Assembly (NCBI GenBank): GCA_965231015.1
Contig: OZ246408.1
Coordinates: 147,755-211,754, forward strand
Origin: an uncultured Gammaproteobacteria bacterium
Lineage (GTDB): Bacteria; Patescibacteriota; Patescibacteriia; UBA9934; CAZDDW01
DNA length: 64,000 nucleotides
Direction: 5' to 3'
The notes under the pieces are model-generated. The model was given only the letters and a program-made list of their open reading frames with translations. It was not told where the DNA came from and made no database searches. The position numbers were made by a program, and so were the translations under genes. Positions 40,772 through 51,004 of the stretch are shown in pieces (position 1 is the stretch's first letter; each line of letters opens with the position of its first letter).

Positions 40772-42283
40772 ATGAAAAGAATGAAAAAAATAGGATCAAT
40801 TTTTGTAGCGTTGTATGCGTTTGCTTTTATTTTTGCTTTGCCTGCGACTGTTTTAGCAGCCGAGAATTGTGTTTGTTGGTGTGGGTTAGAAGGAGCCGGA
40901 GCCGTGGTAGCTGAAGGACCGACTACAATAGAAGGCTGTCGAGCCGGTTGCGATACAGCTAATATGGAATTTCTGACTTGTGCTGAAGAAGGCGATTATG
41001 ATCCGACCAATAATCTAATCTGCTGGTCAGAAACAGAATGTGCTACTGCTGAAGGTATTTGGGGAGACGATATTCCAAAAGATTGTACGGACAACACTCG
41101 TTATTGTTACAACCAAGCCGAGCCGGTTAAGCTCGGTGTGGCAGTCGGTGGAATCAGTACCGTTAATGATATCGGAGAGTACGTCAACGCCTTTTATAAA
41201 TGGACTTTGTCAGCCGGAGTAATTGTGGCCACAGTTATAATCATGGTTGGTGGCGTGCAGTACATGGTGGGTAAAGGTTCAGGAAATGTCCAAAAGGCTA
41301 AGGATCGAATTCGTCATGCGGTAATTGGATTTGTTTTGTTGCTCGGAGCGTACATTATTTTGGCCACGGTTAATCCACAATTAGTTAGTTTAGAAATTCC
41401 AACCTTCCCGAAAGTTAAAACCGTTCATTATCTTGGTGACGAAGACAACTGCGATAAATTAATCGGTCATGGCTATAAAGTTGAATTGGAAAATGGAACC
41501 GAAGTGAGTACAACCGACGCGACCATTATGGCTCTCTTGCGATCTGGTCAAACTCTGGGTGCACTCGGGAAGTCCAGTTTGAGTTGCGGGACAGAAGCCA
41601 CAGTGACAGCTGGTCCGGGGGACTCTGAAGTTGAAGAAGATAAAACCTGTTTCTTCACCTATTGTCCAACCGGTGAAGGTTGTATTCCTCCGTCAGCTGG
41701 AGAACCACCAGAGTGTATTGGGTGTACTGATATCGTCGGTTTTCAAGCAGGAAAGCCACAGCCAAGCGAAAGTACTTGCAGTATGATTACCTATCCCAAC
41801 TCCGGCAATACTAAACGTTACTGTGTATATTCTCAAACCGGACTCTTGTCACCTTTGCAGGCTGACGACATTAAAGCTCATGGTGGTTGTGGTGAGTTGA
41901 CAGTTGATTGTAGTAGCATTTCTTCCTGCCGAGATTATGATGAAGCCACTGTTAGTATCACGGCAACTAAAGTCGTTGAGTGCGTTTCAGGGGCTGGTAT
42001 TGCCGCTTTTAATCCATCAATTTTTTCCAACCTCTGTAATAGTGATCCCTGTAACGTTGCCCCGGACGGTCAAAGTTGTGGTCCGAAATTTACGTACCTG
42101 AATGATGTTTCTGAAGCCTTTCAATTAGGACCACTACCAGCCAGTTTTTATCCGGGGTTACCGAATGTCCAATGGGATTGTGTAAATACTAATTACAAAG
42201 AAACTGGTTGTTTGGATAAAGATAATAAGGACATCACTTGTTGGGATGTTGAGGGAACTACTGGAGCTTGTTTGAGGTTTTAA
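40772..42283 (+). CDS. Cys-rich membrane protein with CPR pilin-like core
   Basis: Signal peptide; IMVGGVQYM...KAKDRI..AVIGFVLLLGAYIILATVNPQL flanked by Cys-rich domains. Confidence 0.8.
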   Translation: MKRMKKIGSIFVALYAFAFIFALPATVLAAENCVCWCGLEGAGAVVAEGPTTIEGCRAGCDTANMEFLTCAEEGDYDPTNNLICWSETECATAEGIWGDDIPKDCTDNTRYCYNQAEPVKLGVAVGGISTVNDIGEYVNAFYKWTLSAGVIVATVIIMVGGVQYMVGKGSGNVQKAKDRIRHAVIGFVLLLGAYIILATVNPQLVSLEIPTFPKVKTVHYLGDEDNCDKLIGHGYKVELENGTEVSTTDATIMALLRSGQTLGALGKSSLSCGTEATVTAGPGDSEVEEDKTCFFTYCPTGEGCIPPSAGEPPECIGCTDIVGFQAGKPQPSESTCSMITYPNSGNTKRYCVYSQTGLLSPLQADDIKAHGGCGELTVDCSSISSCRDYDEATVSITATKVVECVSGAGIAAFNPSIFSNLCNSDPCNVAPDGQSCGPKFTYLNDVSEAFQLGPLPASFYPGLPNVQWDCVNTNYKETGCLDKDNKDITCWDVEGTTGACLRF

Positions 42284-42450
42284 CAATTGAAACAATCGGT
42301 TCAGAATGGGCCGGTTTTCCCCGCCAACGGTTCTACGTGGCGGAGTCCCGCCACGATTTGCGATGGCGGGATTTGTTTTGTTTACCCTTGTCTCTTGTCA
42401 GATAAAAAAATATGTGTTATCATCTCGAGCACTTGTAATAAAACCAAATT

Positions 42451-45312
42451 ATGAAAGATGCTATCAAAATTAGAGGCGCTCGAGTTCATAACCTTAAGAA
42501 CATCAACGTTGATATTCCGAAGAATAAATTAGTGGTTGTGACCGGACTCTCTGGTTCTGGTAAATCGTCTTTAGCCTTTGATACTGTCTATGCTGAAGGA
42601 CAGCGACGCTACATGGAGTCGCTTAGTTCTTATGCTAGGCAGTTTTTAGAAATGCAAGATAAACCAGATGTCGATGAAATTATTGGTTTGTCACCGACTA
42701 TTGCTATTGATCAAAAATCTTCTTCACACAACCCTCGCTCTACAGTAGGAACTGTCACTGAGATTTATGATTACCTGCGAGTGTTGTTTGCCAGAGCCGG
42801 TCGGCCACATTGTCCAGAGTGTAACGAGCCTGTATGCGAACAAACTCGAGATAAGATTGCTGCCGAATTAATCACCATGGTTTCAGAAAGCGAAGTTGGT
42901 TTATTTGCACCAGTGGTTGATTCGCAAAAAGGTGAACACAAACAAGTTTTACTCGCTGCGGAAAAGGCTGGTTTCAAAGAAATTCGTTATGATGGTTTAC
43001 AAATGGATTTGGATGAGTCTATTCGTATGCGTAAGGATAAAAACAAGGCTCACTCGATCGATATTTTGATTCACACGTTTATTAAAGACGAGGAAATTTC
43101 CCGGGAGCGCATGAACGATATTTTGAAAAAAGCCCTCGACTATGGCAACGGTCTGATTTTGGCAGTGCATGAATCAGATGGCGAAGAAATTATTTTTTCT
43201 GAATCGTTTGCGTGTCCTAATTGTCACATTAATCTTCCACGTCCTGAACCACGAATGTTTAGTTTCAACTCGCCGCTAGGTGCTTGTCCTGAATGTACTG
43301 GTCTGGGAGTGAAGTTGGTGTTAGAGCCAGATTTGGTAATTCCCAACAAGCGTCTGACTTTTGCTGAAGGAGCCGTGAAGCCTTGGACTCGGATTGCTGG
43401 AAACCAAACTAGTTATTTGCGAATGCTTGAACTAGTGGCCAAGAAACACAAGTTTTCTGTCAATCAATCAATTAGTAAAATTTCTAAAACTAAAATAGAT
43501 CTAGCTCTTTACGGAACTGGTGATGATATCTATAAGTTTGACGGAGCTGAAGTAACGTACCCGGGAATTATTCCGCAGCTAGAAGAAAAGTATAAATCAA
43601 CTGATTCTGATTATGTACGTAGCGAATTAGAGACTTACATGCGGACCATGGTTTGTCCTGATTGTAAAGGTAAACGTTTAAGGAAGGAAGTTTTACATGT
43701 ATTAATTGGAAACAAGTCGATTGCTGACGTGGTCAACATGTCGATTGAAGACATGTCTGGTTTCTTTGATGATATTTCTAGGAAAGAATCTAAAGGCAAA
43801 AAAGCAAAAGATAAAAAAGTTGCCGCCGACATGTCAGAGGCCGAAACCAAGGTAATCAATCGGGTAAAAAAGGAAGTAACTGAACGACTGCATAATTTGC
43901 TTGATGTGGGATTAGGTTATCTAACTCTAGACCGGTCAGCCATGACTCTGTCTGGTGGTGAAGCTCAGCGTGTTAGACTTTCAACTCAATTAAGTTCGTC
44001 ACTTTCTGGAGTAATCTATATTTTAGATGAGCCATCTATTGGTCTGCATCCCAGAGATAATGACAAACTGATCAAAACCATTGAAACTTTACGCGATCAA
44101 AACAACAGTGTGATTGTTGTCGAACATGATGAGGCCATGATGGCGGCAGCTGATCATGTGATTGATGTTGGTCCAGGGGCTGGTGAGTATGGCGGAGAGA
44201 TTATTGCCGAGGGAACTGCAGCAGCTTTGAAGAAAAACAAAGAGTCATTAACGGGACAGTACTTAAGTGGAAAGAAAAAGATAGAAACTCCCAAGAAGTT
44301 TCGAAAAGGATCTGGCAAGAAATTGACTATCGAAGGAGCTAAAGCCAACAACTTACAGGATATTAACGTTGAAATCCCGCTTGGTAAATTTGTTTGTGTC
44401 ACCGGAGTGTCTGGATCGGGAAAGTCAACTTTGATCTTAGATATTTTGGGCCGAGCTTTGTCTAAACATTTCTACCGAGCGAAGGCTTATCCGGCCGACC
44501 ATGAAGATATTAAGGGTATTAATAATATCGATAAAGTTGTGGCTGTTGATCAGTCGCCAATCGGACGCACACCTCGCTCTAATCCAGCAACTTACACAGG
44601 AGTGTTTACGGCTATTCGTGATTTGTACGCAGCTCAACCGGAAGCCAAGATGCGTGGTTTTGACGCTGGAAAATTCAGTTTTAATGTTAAAGGTGGTGGT
44701 CGATGTGAAGGTTGTGGTGGTGATGGAGTAAAAAGAATTGAAATGCAGTTTATGGGTGATGTGTACGTTGAATGTTCTGAGTGTCACGGTAAACGGTATA
44801 ATCACGAGGCCCTCGAGATATATTACAAGAGTAAAAATATTGCTGACGTGCTTGATATGACGGTGGAGGAAGCTCGCCGGTTCTTTGCCAGTGAACAATT
44901 GATTTTTGATAAGTTGAACGTGTTGCACGAAGTTGGACTCGGTTACATCAAGCTTGGGCAATCAGCCACCACACTTTCTGGTGGTGAGGCACAACGTGTG
45001 AAGCTTGCCACTGAACTTGGACGACGGGCTACGGGAAGCACTTTGTATATTTTGGATGAGCCAACAACCGGACTTCACTTTGAGGATATCAAACGTTTAC
45101 TCGAGGTACTGCATCAACTGGTCGATAAAGGAAATACCGTTTTGATTATTGAACACAACCTGGACGTGATTAAACAAGCGGACTGGTTGATTGATATGGG
45201 GCCGGAAGGTGGAAACAAAGGCGGTCTTATTATTGCCGAGGGAACACCAAAAGAGCTCTCGAAAAATGGCAAAGTCAGCTATACGGCCAAGTATTTGAAA
45301 GAGGTGCTTTAG
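42451..45312 (+). CDS. uvrA: Excinuclease ABC subunit A
   Basis: GARVHNLKN, two GxSGSGKS Walker A motifs, two LSGGEAQR motifs, Zn fingers. Confidence 0.98.
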   Translation: MKDAIKIRGARVHNLKNINVDIPKNKLVVVTGLSGSGKSSLAFDTVYAEGQRRYMESLSSYARQFLEMQDKPDVDEIIGLSPTIAIDQKSSSHNPRSTVGTVTEIYDYLRVLFARAGRPHCPECNEPVCEQTRDKIAAELITMVSESEVGLFAPVVDSQKGEHKQVLLAAEKAGFKEIRYDGLQMDLDESIRMRKDKNKAHSIDILIHTFIKDEEISRERMNDILKKALDYGNGLILAVHESDGEEIIFSESFACPNCHINLPRPEPRMFSFNSPLGACPECTGLGVKLVLEPDLVIPNKRLTFAEGAVKPWTRIAGNQTSYLRMLELVAKKHKFSVNQSISKISKTKIDLALYGTGDDIYKFDGAEVTYPGIIPQLEEKYKSTDSDYVRSELETYMRTMVCPDCKGKRLRKEVLHVLIGNKSIADVVNMSIEDMSGFFDDISRKESKGKKAKDKKVAADMSEAETKVINRVKKEVTERLHNLLDVGLGYLTLDRSAMTLSGGEAQRVRLSTQLSSSLSGVIYILDEPSIGLHPRDNDKLIKTIETLRDQNNSVIVVEHDEAMMAAADHVIDVGPGAGEYGGEIIAEGTAAALKKNKESLTGQYLSGKKKIETPKKFRKGSGKKLTIEGAKANNLQDINVEIPLGKFVCVTGVSGSGKSTLILDILGRALSKHFYRAKAYPADHEDIKGINNIDKVVAVDQSPIGRTPRSNPATYTGVFTAIRDLYAAQPEAKMRGFDAGKFSFNVKGGGRCEGCGGDGVKRIEMQFMGDVYVECSECHGKRYNHEALEIYYKSKNIADVLDMTVEEARRFFASEQLIFDKLNVLHEVGLGYIKLGQSATTLSGGEAQRVKLATELGRRATGSTLYILDEPTTGLHFEDIKRLLEVLHQLVDKGNTVLIIEHNLDVIKQADWLIDMGPEGGNKGGLIIAEGTPKELSKNGKVSYTAKYLKEVL

Positions 45313-45364
45313 ATTGATACATATTTTGTTAAACCAGCGTTTTATTAACGCTGGTTTTTTTTAC

Positions 45365-45392
45365 GCCTAAAATTAGGTCAAATCTTGACAAA
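45365..45392 (+). repeat. 28-bp direct repeat containing a -35 box, left copy
   Basis: gcctaaaattaggtcaaatcttgacaaa, identical at 48405-48432. Confidence 0.9.
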
Positions 45393-45558
45393 GACACAAA
45401 ATGGTGCTATATTTTGACCTTGATCATTCAAATTTCAAGGTTAAAATTTATATGAGATAAGTATTTTGTCTGGCTCGTTTGAGCTATGTAGAATACTTGT
45501 CTCATGTTAGAGACCGGTCGTTTATCCGAACGAGTCGGATGGTTGGCCAAAAAAGGAG

Positions 45559-46470
45559 ATGATGATGACGACGGAAACGTTGATCACGTCACGGGATCCC
45601 AAGGGCAGACAGTGCTTCAGTGTGCTCGAGGCCGTCTATGACAAGGCGGAGCTCAACCCCGAGGAAGCACAGCACATCAACGAACAGGGCTATGAACTCA
45701 AGCGCGAGTTTCAGAAACTGATCGCCCGTTTGCGTGTCCGTCAGGATTACGCCAACGAGCAGGTGATCTCGAGCTACACCTACCCGAACGAGTACGCGGG
45801 CCCGCAGCCTATCGCCGAGCAGGTGGACATTCTGGCCGAGTTGTTCGGCCTGTCGCTCGGAGCAACGGTTGAGTACATTGAGAAGGTGCTACCCTCGCTC
45901 GAGCTTCCCAAGGGAGCCGAGGGGTGGTTCGCCATCCCGAGTGTCGGCGCTCTCGCTGCCCGTCACTTCCCCAAGGTCACCGATCCGGCCGAGCAGTACT
46001 GCCGCGCGGTCGAGCTGGTGCTCAAGAAGATCAGTCACTCGCGGAAGTTCTACAACTACCGCCAGGGGCAGATCAATCCGAACCAGCTGCGCCAGTATGC
46101 TAGCAGTATGGCCATGATGGAGCAGACCGTCAAGAACCAGCCAGGCGACATCATGATCATCCCGGCCCAGTTCGGTCTGCGTCACCGAGGATGCAGTGTC
46201 CGTCGAGCCCGAGCTATTTTCACCAAGAACGAATTCGGCCTCGGAGCGCTCGCTGTTGGTTCAATGCTCCTCACTCATCCCAAGCGCCTTGTCCGTTGGG
46301 AACAGCTCCACGTGGACTGCACGGGTGATGAATTTGCTCCGGTTGCTGGTGGCCAGTTCGTGCACGCGCCGTTCTTCGACTGGCTCGGCGGCGGAGTCGG
46401 GTTCTACTCCGGCCGCCTCGACAACGCGCGCGTGTACTATGGTTCGGCCTCCGGGTTTCTCCCGCAGTAG
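45559..46470 (+). CDS. DGR target (variable) protein
   Basis: AAGGAG RBS; the last 45 codons are the VR; ends GSASGFLPQ. Confidence 0.92.
   Translation: MMMTTETLITSRDPKGRQCFSVLEAVYDKAELNPEEAQHINEQGYELKREFQKLIARLRVRQDYANEQVISSYTYPNEYAGPQPIAEQVDILAELFGLSLGATVEYIEKVLPSLELPKGAEGWFAIPSVGALAARHFPKVTDPAEQYCRAVELVLKKISHSRKFYNYRQGQINPNQLRQYASSMAMMEQTVKNQPGDIMIIPAQFGLRHRGCSVRRARAIFTKNEFGLGALAVGSMLLTHPKRLVRWEQLHVDCTGDEFAPVAGGQFVHAPFFDWLGGGVGFYSGRLDNARVYYGSASGFLPQ
46333..46467 (+). repeat. DGR variable repeat (VR)
   Basis: Ungapped 135-nt match to 46844-46978 with 27 mismatches, all opposite TR adenines. Confidence 0.95.
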
Positions 46471-46527
46471 TTGAACCTTGTTCTTTGAGGACTTGAATCT
46501 TTTGAGCCCTTGAAGCTTTTCGTTAAA

Positions 46528-46585
46528 GCCCCGCCCGCGGCGGGGCGAACCTGTCGGCTATCCACAATACGCGTGGGTAGCCGAC
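46528..46585 (+). other. Two GC-rich hairpins downstream of the VR (putative homing/target-recognition elements)
   Basis: gccccgcc-cgc-ggcggggc (46528-46546) and gtcggctatccac-N7-gtgggtagccgac (46553-46585). Confidence 0.7.
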
Positions 46586-46843
46586 TGTTAATTTTGCTAT
46601 AATGTTCGCGAGTAAGGCTAATGAACAGTAGTTCAAGGATTACTGTCGCCAAGCTCTCTCTTCAAAGAGAACAACAGCCAGAATCTTGACGGTTACGGCT
46701 TTCAAGAGCGTGCTGTCTTGAGGGGATACTGCTTGTTTCTGTCTGGTGGAGATGTTTTGTAAACATAACAAAACTGCTCCCAAATAAAATACAGGAAAGA
46801 GAAAATGGATTTTCAATTTTCAGTGACCAGGATGGACAGAAAC

Positions 46844-46978
46844 AATAATCCGGATGCTGGTGGCCAGTTCGTGAACGCACCGAACTTCAACTGGAACGAC
46901 GGCAAAGTCAAGTTCAACACCGACAACCTCGACAACGCGAACGTGAACTATGGTTCGACCTCCGGGTTTCTCCCGAAG
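46844..46978 (+). repeat. DGR template repeat (TR)
   Basis: AAC-codon-rich copy of the VR. Confidence 0.95.
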
Positions 46979-47027
46979 TCACTCCTCAATAACAAAAGAC
47001 GTCCTGTAACGGACGCCTTTTGTATTA

Positions 47028-47378
47028 TTATTCAGATTTAAGTGAGCGTATCCATCCTCCAAGCATGCGTCCGATTTCATCTACCTGTTGTTGCAAGGGA
47101 GTATATTTGTTGTTGTCGATAATTTTGATGTCCTTGGCCAGGCGAATTAAAAATCTAAGTAGGTTAAGTCGAACACTAACTTTTTCTAATGTCGGTAGTT
47201 TATTGTGTTTATACAGCTCGCTGGCTTGCAGAATACCTTCAATATTATCCAGGTTAGCATTTTCAATTCTTTGCCATAGAGTATGTTTATCCTGTTTTGG
47301 TATACTGGGGCGGAGAATATAAATGTTTCGATACAATTCGTAAGATTTTTTGAAGATGGGAATGTCAAACTCGTCCAT
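47028..47378 (-). CDS. avd: Avd-like four-helix-bundle accessory protein
   Basis: IPIFKKSYELY...IPKQDKHTL...LRFLIRLAKD...EIGRMLGGW; 116 aa; lies between TR and RT. Confidence 0.85.
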   Translation of the reverse strand: MDEFDIPIFKKSYELYRNIYILRPSIPKQDKHTLWQRIENANLDNIEGILQASELYKHNKLPTLEKVSVRLNLLRFLIRLAKDIKIIDNNKYTPLQQQVDEIGRMLGGWIRSLKSE

Positions 47379-47387
47379 ATAATAAGT

Positions 47388-48405
47388 GTGAAGATTGATA
47401 AGAATATTTTTGATTCGATTATTGATCCGGAGTCTCTTTTTCAGGCTTGGCAGAAGTTTCGGAATGGTAAAAGCAAACGTAAGGACGTAACTCAATTTGA
47501 GTGGAATTTGGAGAGTAATATTTTCAAGCTACATCGTGATTTAGTCAATGGAATTTATCGACACGGGTCATACACTGATTTTTACATCACTGATCCAAAA
47601 TTGCGCCATATTCACAAGGCTACGGTGCGGGACAGGATTGTACATCACGCCGTGTATCAAGTTGTAAATACAATCTTTGAGCGATCATTTATTTTCGACA
47701 GTTACTCCTGTCGGATTGGCAAGGGTACACATGCGGCAGTGAATCGACTCGAGAAGTTCGTTCGTAAGGTGAGCAAAAATTACACTGGTCCATGTTGGGC
47801 GCTTCAGTTTGATGTGAAAAAATTTTTTGATTCCGTTGATCATGACATTTTACTTAGTATTCTCAAACAAAAAATCTCCTGTCCAAAGACAAACCGTCTT
47901 TTGGCGGAGATCGTGGGCAGTTACTCGAGTTCAAATTCCGTTGGGGGGGGGGACGCTACTTGGAACCATTCGCGCGAAAGGTCTCCCGATTGGGAATTTA
48001 ACCTCGCAGTTGTTCGCGAACGTGTATATGGATGCATTTGATCATTTTATTAAAGAGGGGTTAAGAGCGCAGTGTTATCTACGCTATACTGATGATGCTT
48101 TGATTATTCACGAAGATCCGAAATATTTGAGTCTGCTCGTGCCATTTATTCAGCACTGGCTTTGGCAGAACAGGTGTCTTGTTTTGCATCCTTATAAAAC
48201 ATCTATCCGAAAATATTCGCAAGGGATTGATTTTCTTGGCTATGTTAATCTGCCACATTATCGAGTGCTTAGGACAAAAACCAAGAAGCGCATGTTTAAC
48301 CGCATTGATGAAACAAATCTGTCTTCATATTTGGGGGTTTTGTCTCATGCTGATACTCACAAAATGCAAGATAACTTGTTAAATATAGTTTGGTTTGAGC
48401 TTTAG
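47388..48405 (+). pseudogene. DGR reverse transcriptase, frameshifted at a G10 tract (47943-47952)
   Basis: First frame has KLRHIHKATVRDRIVHHA, SYSCRIGKGTH and DVKKFFDSVDH; +1 frame has GLPIGNLTSQLFAN, RYTDD and GIDFLGY; removing one G gives 338 aa. Confidence 0.9.
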
Positions 48406-48432
48406 CCTAAAATTAGGTCAAATCTTGACAAA
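48405..48432 (+). repeat. 28-bp direct repeat containing a -35 box, right copy
   Basis: Identical to 45365-45392; begins at the last base of the RT stop codon. Confidence 0.9.
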
Positions 48433-48490
48433 ATGAGCGAATGGTGCTAAGGTCATATCTCACAAAATTAACTAAAACAAGCCTAAAAAT

Positions 48491-50182
48491 ATGTTTAAAA
48501 AACTAATTAGTCTTATTGCTGTGCTCGGAATTCTGGGTGGATTTATCCCAGTCAGTCCAGCAATTGCCGGTTCGGAGACGACCCTTGAGGCCGACCGAGT
48601 TTGGCACTATGACGGGTACCGCGTGGAGCGCCTTGATTTTGGCACCGATGAAGTCGACGAAATAATTAAAATCGACGACTACACTATCATTACCGTGCGT
48701 ACTCCTGGTTGTGATTCTGAATGCAATATCCGCGATCTTTATTTTATTGAAAACGGAAATTACACTCATGTTGAAGACGTTCCTGGGTATGTCCTTGATG
48801 AAGCCAATTATTTCGCCAATGATGAGCGTTTCGTTTGGATTGAACTTATGAATGAAGACGAGGAAAACCGTTACAACGTGGTTGAGTACTTGCCCGGGAC
48901 CAATGAAAAAGTTGTTGTTTTAGAAGATCTGTTTTTCAGTGGTGTAGAGTCAATCAAAGCGATTGCCTCCGGAGATGAGTATTATATGAACCCGGTGTAC
49001 AACTATGACAACCACCAAGGGTTCAAACAGGCTGCGGTTTACAAGTACTTTCCTGATATTGGACTGACTGAAATAATCACTAAGCACTGGGAACTTCAGA
49101 ACGAGGAAGTTTTGGATGCCCATGACGGCATGTTACTAACACAAATGAATTTTGATAGTGACTATAAACAGCTCTGGCTTTATGGAGATGGTGAATGGCC
49201 GTACGCTCTTGCCGACACCTGGACTGTGCCACATGAAGATATTGTTGGGGCACACTTCCTGTCAGATGGATCGGTTGAGTTTTTTCGCATGTATGAACGC
49301 TACATTTGGACTCCCGGTGAAGATGGTGGTGTAACCGAAGCTCAAGGAGACTATCTTAGCTGGTACCGTGATTTTGAGGATGCACTACAGATCGTAAATG
49401 GTCGTATGGCTTGGATTGATGCTGATGACAACCTGCGTGTTTCTACTGGAGATGGAATTATTGAACTTGGCAGTATTGGTTCGACCGGTATATTCCGTTT
49501 AGAGGATGATCGCATCTTCTATGACTCCGGAGAGTCCGGTCATTTATATGATTTTTCTACTGACTCCAGTGAAATTGTTGGTTTTGCTGCCACTGATTCA
49601 GCTGAAGGGGTAATGGTTGGTACCGATGTATTGAATAATATCCTGTATATTGAAGAAAGCACCGGAACCGAGTTAACCCTTGGCTATGGTTCAATTCCGT
49701 TCGTGACTGATGCTAATCACATTTATTGGGTTGGTAATGACGGCCATGCATATGAGGCTACTATTAGCCCTGGAACAATCGCTGATACGGACGATGTAAC
49801 GGCTGCCATGACTAGTTCAAGCAATACAGTGTATCTGGTTGACGGATCAGAATATTACGAGATTCCAAGCGAAGACGTATACTTTAGTTGGTTTGATAGT
49901 TTTGAGGCAGTTGAACTCGTTGATAGTTCTTGGTTCAATGCTTACGACTATGCCGGAACAGCACAATTGTCTCCAGGAACCACTGTAAAACTTGAGGGAG
50001 ATCCTAAGCTTTATATGGTTGGAGATGATGGCAAGTTGCATTGGCTTATCAGTCAGGCGGTAGCTTATTCAATCTACGGAAGTGAGTGGAATCAGAATGT
50101 GATTGAGATGAACTATGAACAGTTAGTGCCGTACGCTTACGGCGTAAATGTGACAAGTGAAGCTGATATTCTCGAGATCTAA
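48491..50182 (+). CDS. Secreted/surface acidic protein
   Basis: Signal peptide; C-terminal paired motifs (TVYLV...IPSEDVYFSW; DPKLYMV...LHWL...IYGSEW). Confidence 0.8.
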   Translation: MFKKLISLIAVLGILGGFIPVSPAIAGSETTLEADRVWHYDGYRVERLDFGTDEVDEIIKIDDYTIITVRTPGCDSECNIRDLYFIENGNYTHVEDVPGYVLDEANYFANDERFVWIELMNEDEENRYNVVEYLPGTNEKVVVLEDLFFSGVESIKAIASGDEYYMNPVYNYDNHQGFKQAAVYKYFPDIGLTEIITKHWELQNEEVLDAHDGMLLTQMNFDSDYKQLWLYGDGEWPYALADTWTVPHEDIVGAHFLSDGSVEFFRMYERYIWTPGEDGGVTEAQGDYLSWYRDFEDALQIVNGRMAWIDADDNLRVSTGDGIIELGSIGSTGIFRLEDDRIFYDSGESGHLYDFSTDSSEIVGFAATDSAEGVMVGTDVLNNILYIEESTGTELTLGYGSIPFVTDANHIYWVGNDGHAYEATISPGTIADTDDVTAAMTSSSNTVYLVDGSEYYEIPSEDVYFSWFDSFEAVELVDSSWFNAYDYAGTAQLSPGTTVKLEGDPKLYMVGDDGKLHWLISQAVAYSIYGSEWNQNVIEMNYEQLVPYAYGVNVTSEADILEI

Positions 50183-50238
50183 TCGAATAAAAAAGCAAAA
50201 CGAGCTCCTTTAACCGGGGAGCTCGTTTGATTTTGGAT

Positions 50239-50877
50239 TTATTTCATCCAGGTTTCTTTCAGTTTTCGTTTGAAGCGACGTTTTACATTGCGTAGGAAAC
50301 CGAGCTTGGCTTGGCGGACCCGAGCAACCTTGACCACTTCAATCTTGGTCACGTTTGGTGAAGAAAGTGGGAATACTTTTTCCACACCAATTCCACCACT
50401 TACTTTACGAACAGTGATGGTGCGTTTGTTTCCGGCGCCCTTCACTCCAAGGACGATCCCTTCAAACACCTGAATTCGTTCTCGTTCTTCACCCTTTGGT
50501 GAAATGTCCAGAATTCGCTCATGTACTCGGACGGTCATACCGGACTTCACTTCTTCACTACCGATCATTTTCCCTTTGTGACCACTGGTGTCTTGCATCT
50601 CTTCAGAGATTGGGGAAGGTGGTTCCTTGTCCGCCGAATTTTTCTGTTCAGGCTCAACATGTTGAGCCCCTACATCTGAATCCTCTTGATCCTTTGTTTC
50701 TTCTGTATCCCCTACATCCTTTGGAGCTTCTTCCTTTGGCTCTTCCTTCTTCGCTGAGGCTTCAGAGGAGGAATCAGCTGGTTTTTCTTCTTGTTTTGAT
50801 TCTACAGGAGCCTCTTGATCCTTTGTTTCTTCCGCATCCTTTGGATCTTGTGCACCCTTCTTATCTTCATCAGCCAT
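50239..50877 (-). CDS. rplS: 50S ribosomal protein L19 with a ~100-aa acidic N-terminal extension
   Basis: GMTVRVH...ERIQVFEGIV...TVRKVSGGIGVEKVFPLSSP...VRQAKL. Confidence 0.93.
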   Translation of the reverse strand: MADEDKKGAQDPKDAEETKDQEAPVESKQEEKPADSSSEASAKKEEPKEEAPKDVGDTEETKDQEDSDVGAQHVEPEQKNSADKEPPSPISEEMQDTSGHKGKMIGSEEVKSGMTVRVHERILDISPKGEERERIQVFEGIVLGVKGAGNKRTITVRKVSGGIGVEKVFPLSSPNVTKIEVVKVARVRQAKLGFLRNVKRRFKRKLKETWMK

Positions 50878-51004
50878 ATTTACGATATTTAAGTTTATTT
50901 GGAGAAGTATTTTAGTTTATAACGACGAGCAGAAGTTTAACAAAACGGCTTAATTTAGTCAACCCTTCAAATATCTCAGGGTTGACCCTGAGTCTGTCGA
51001 AGGG

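Larger units (their letters stand above)
45365..48449 (+). mobile_element. Diversity-generating retroelement cassette (target-VR, hairpins, TR, avd, RT)
   Basis: TR/VR pair with adenine-only mismatches, Avd-like gene and RT, flanked by 28-bp direct repeats. Confidence 0.93.

Noticed and set aside
46805-47041. 78-aa ORF over the TR
   Set aside because: Asn-rich translation of the template repeat; the TR functions as RNA and the open frame is inherited from the VR frame
47283-48405. Group II intron, retron or two separate RT genes
   Set aside because: TR/VR and Avd context identify a DGR; no maturase domain or intron domain V was seen, and the two ORFs are halves of one RT
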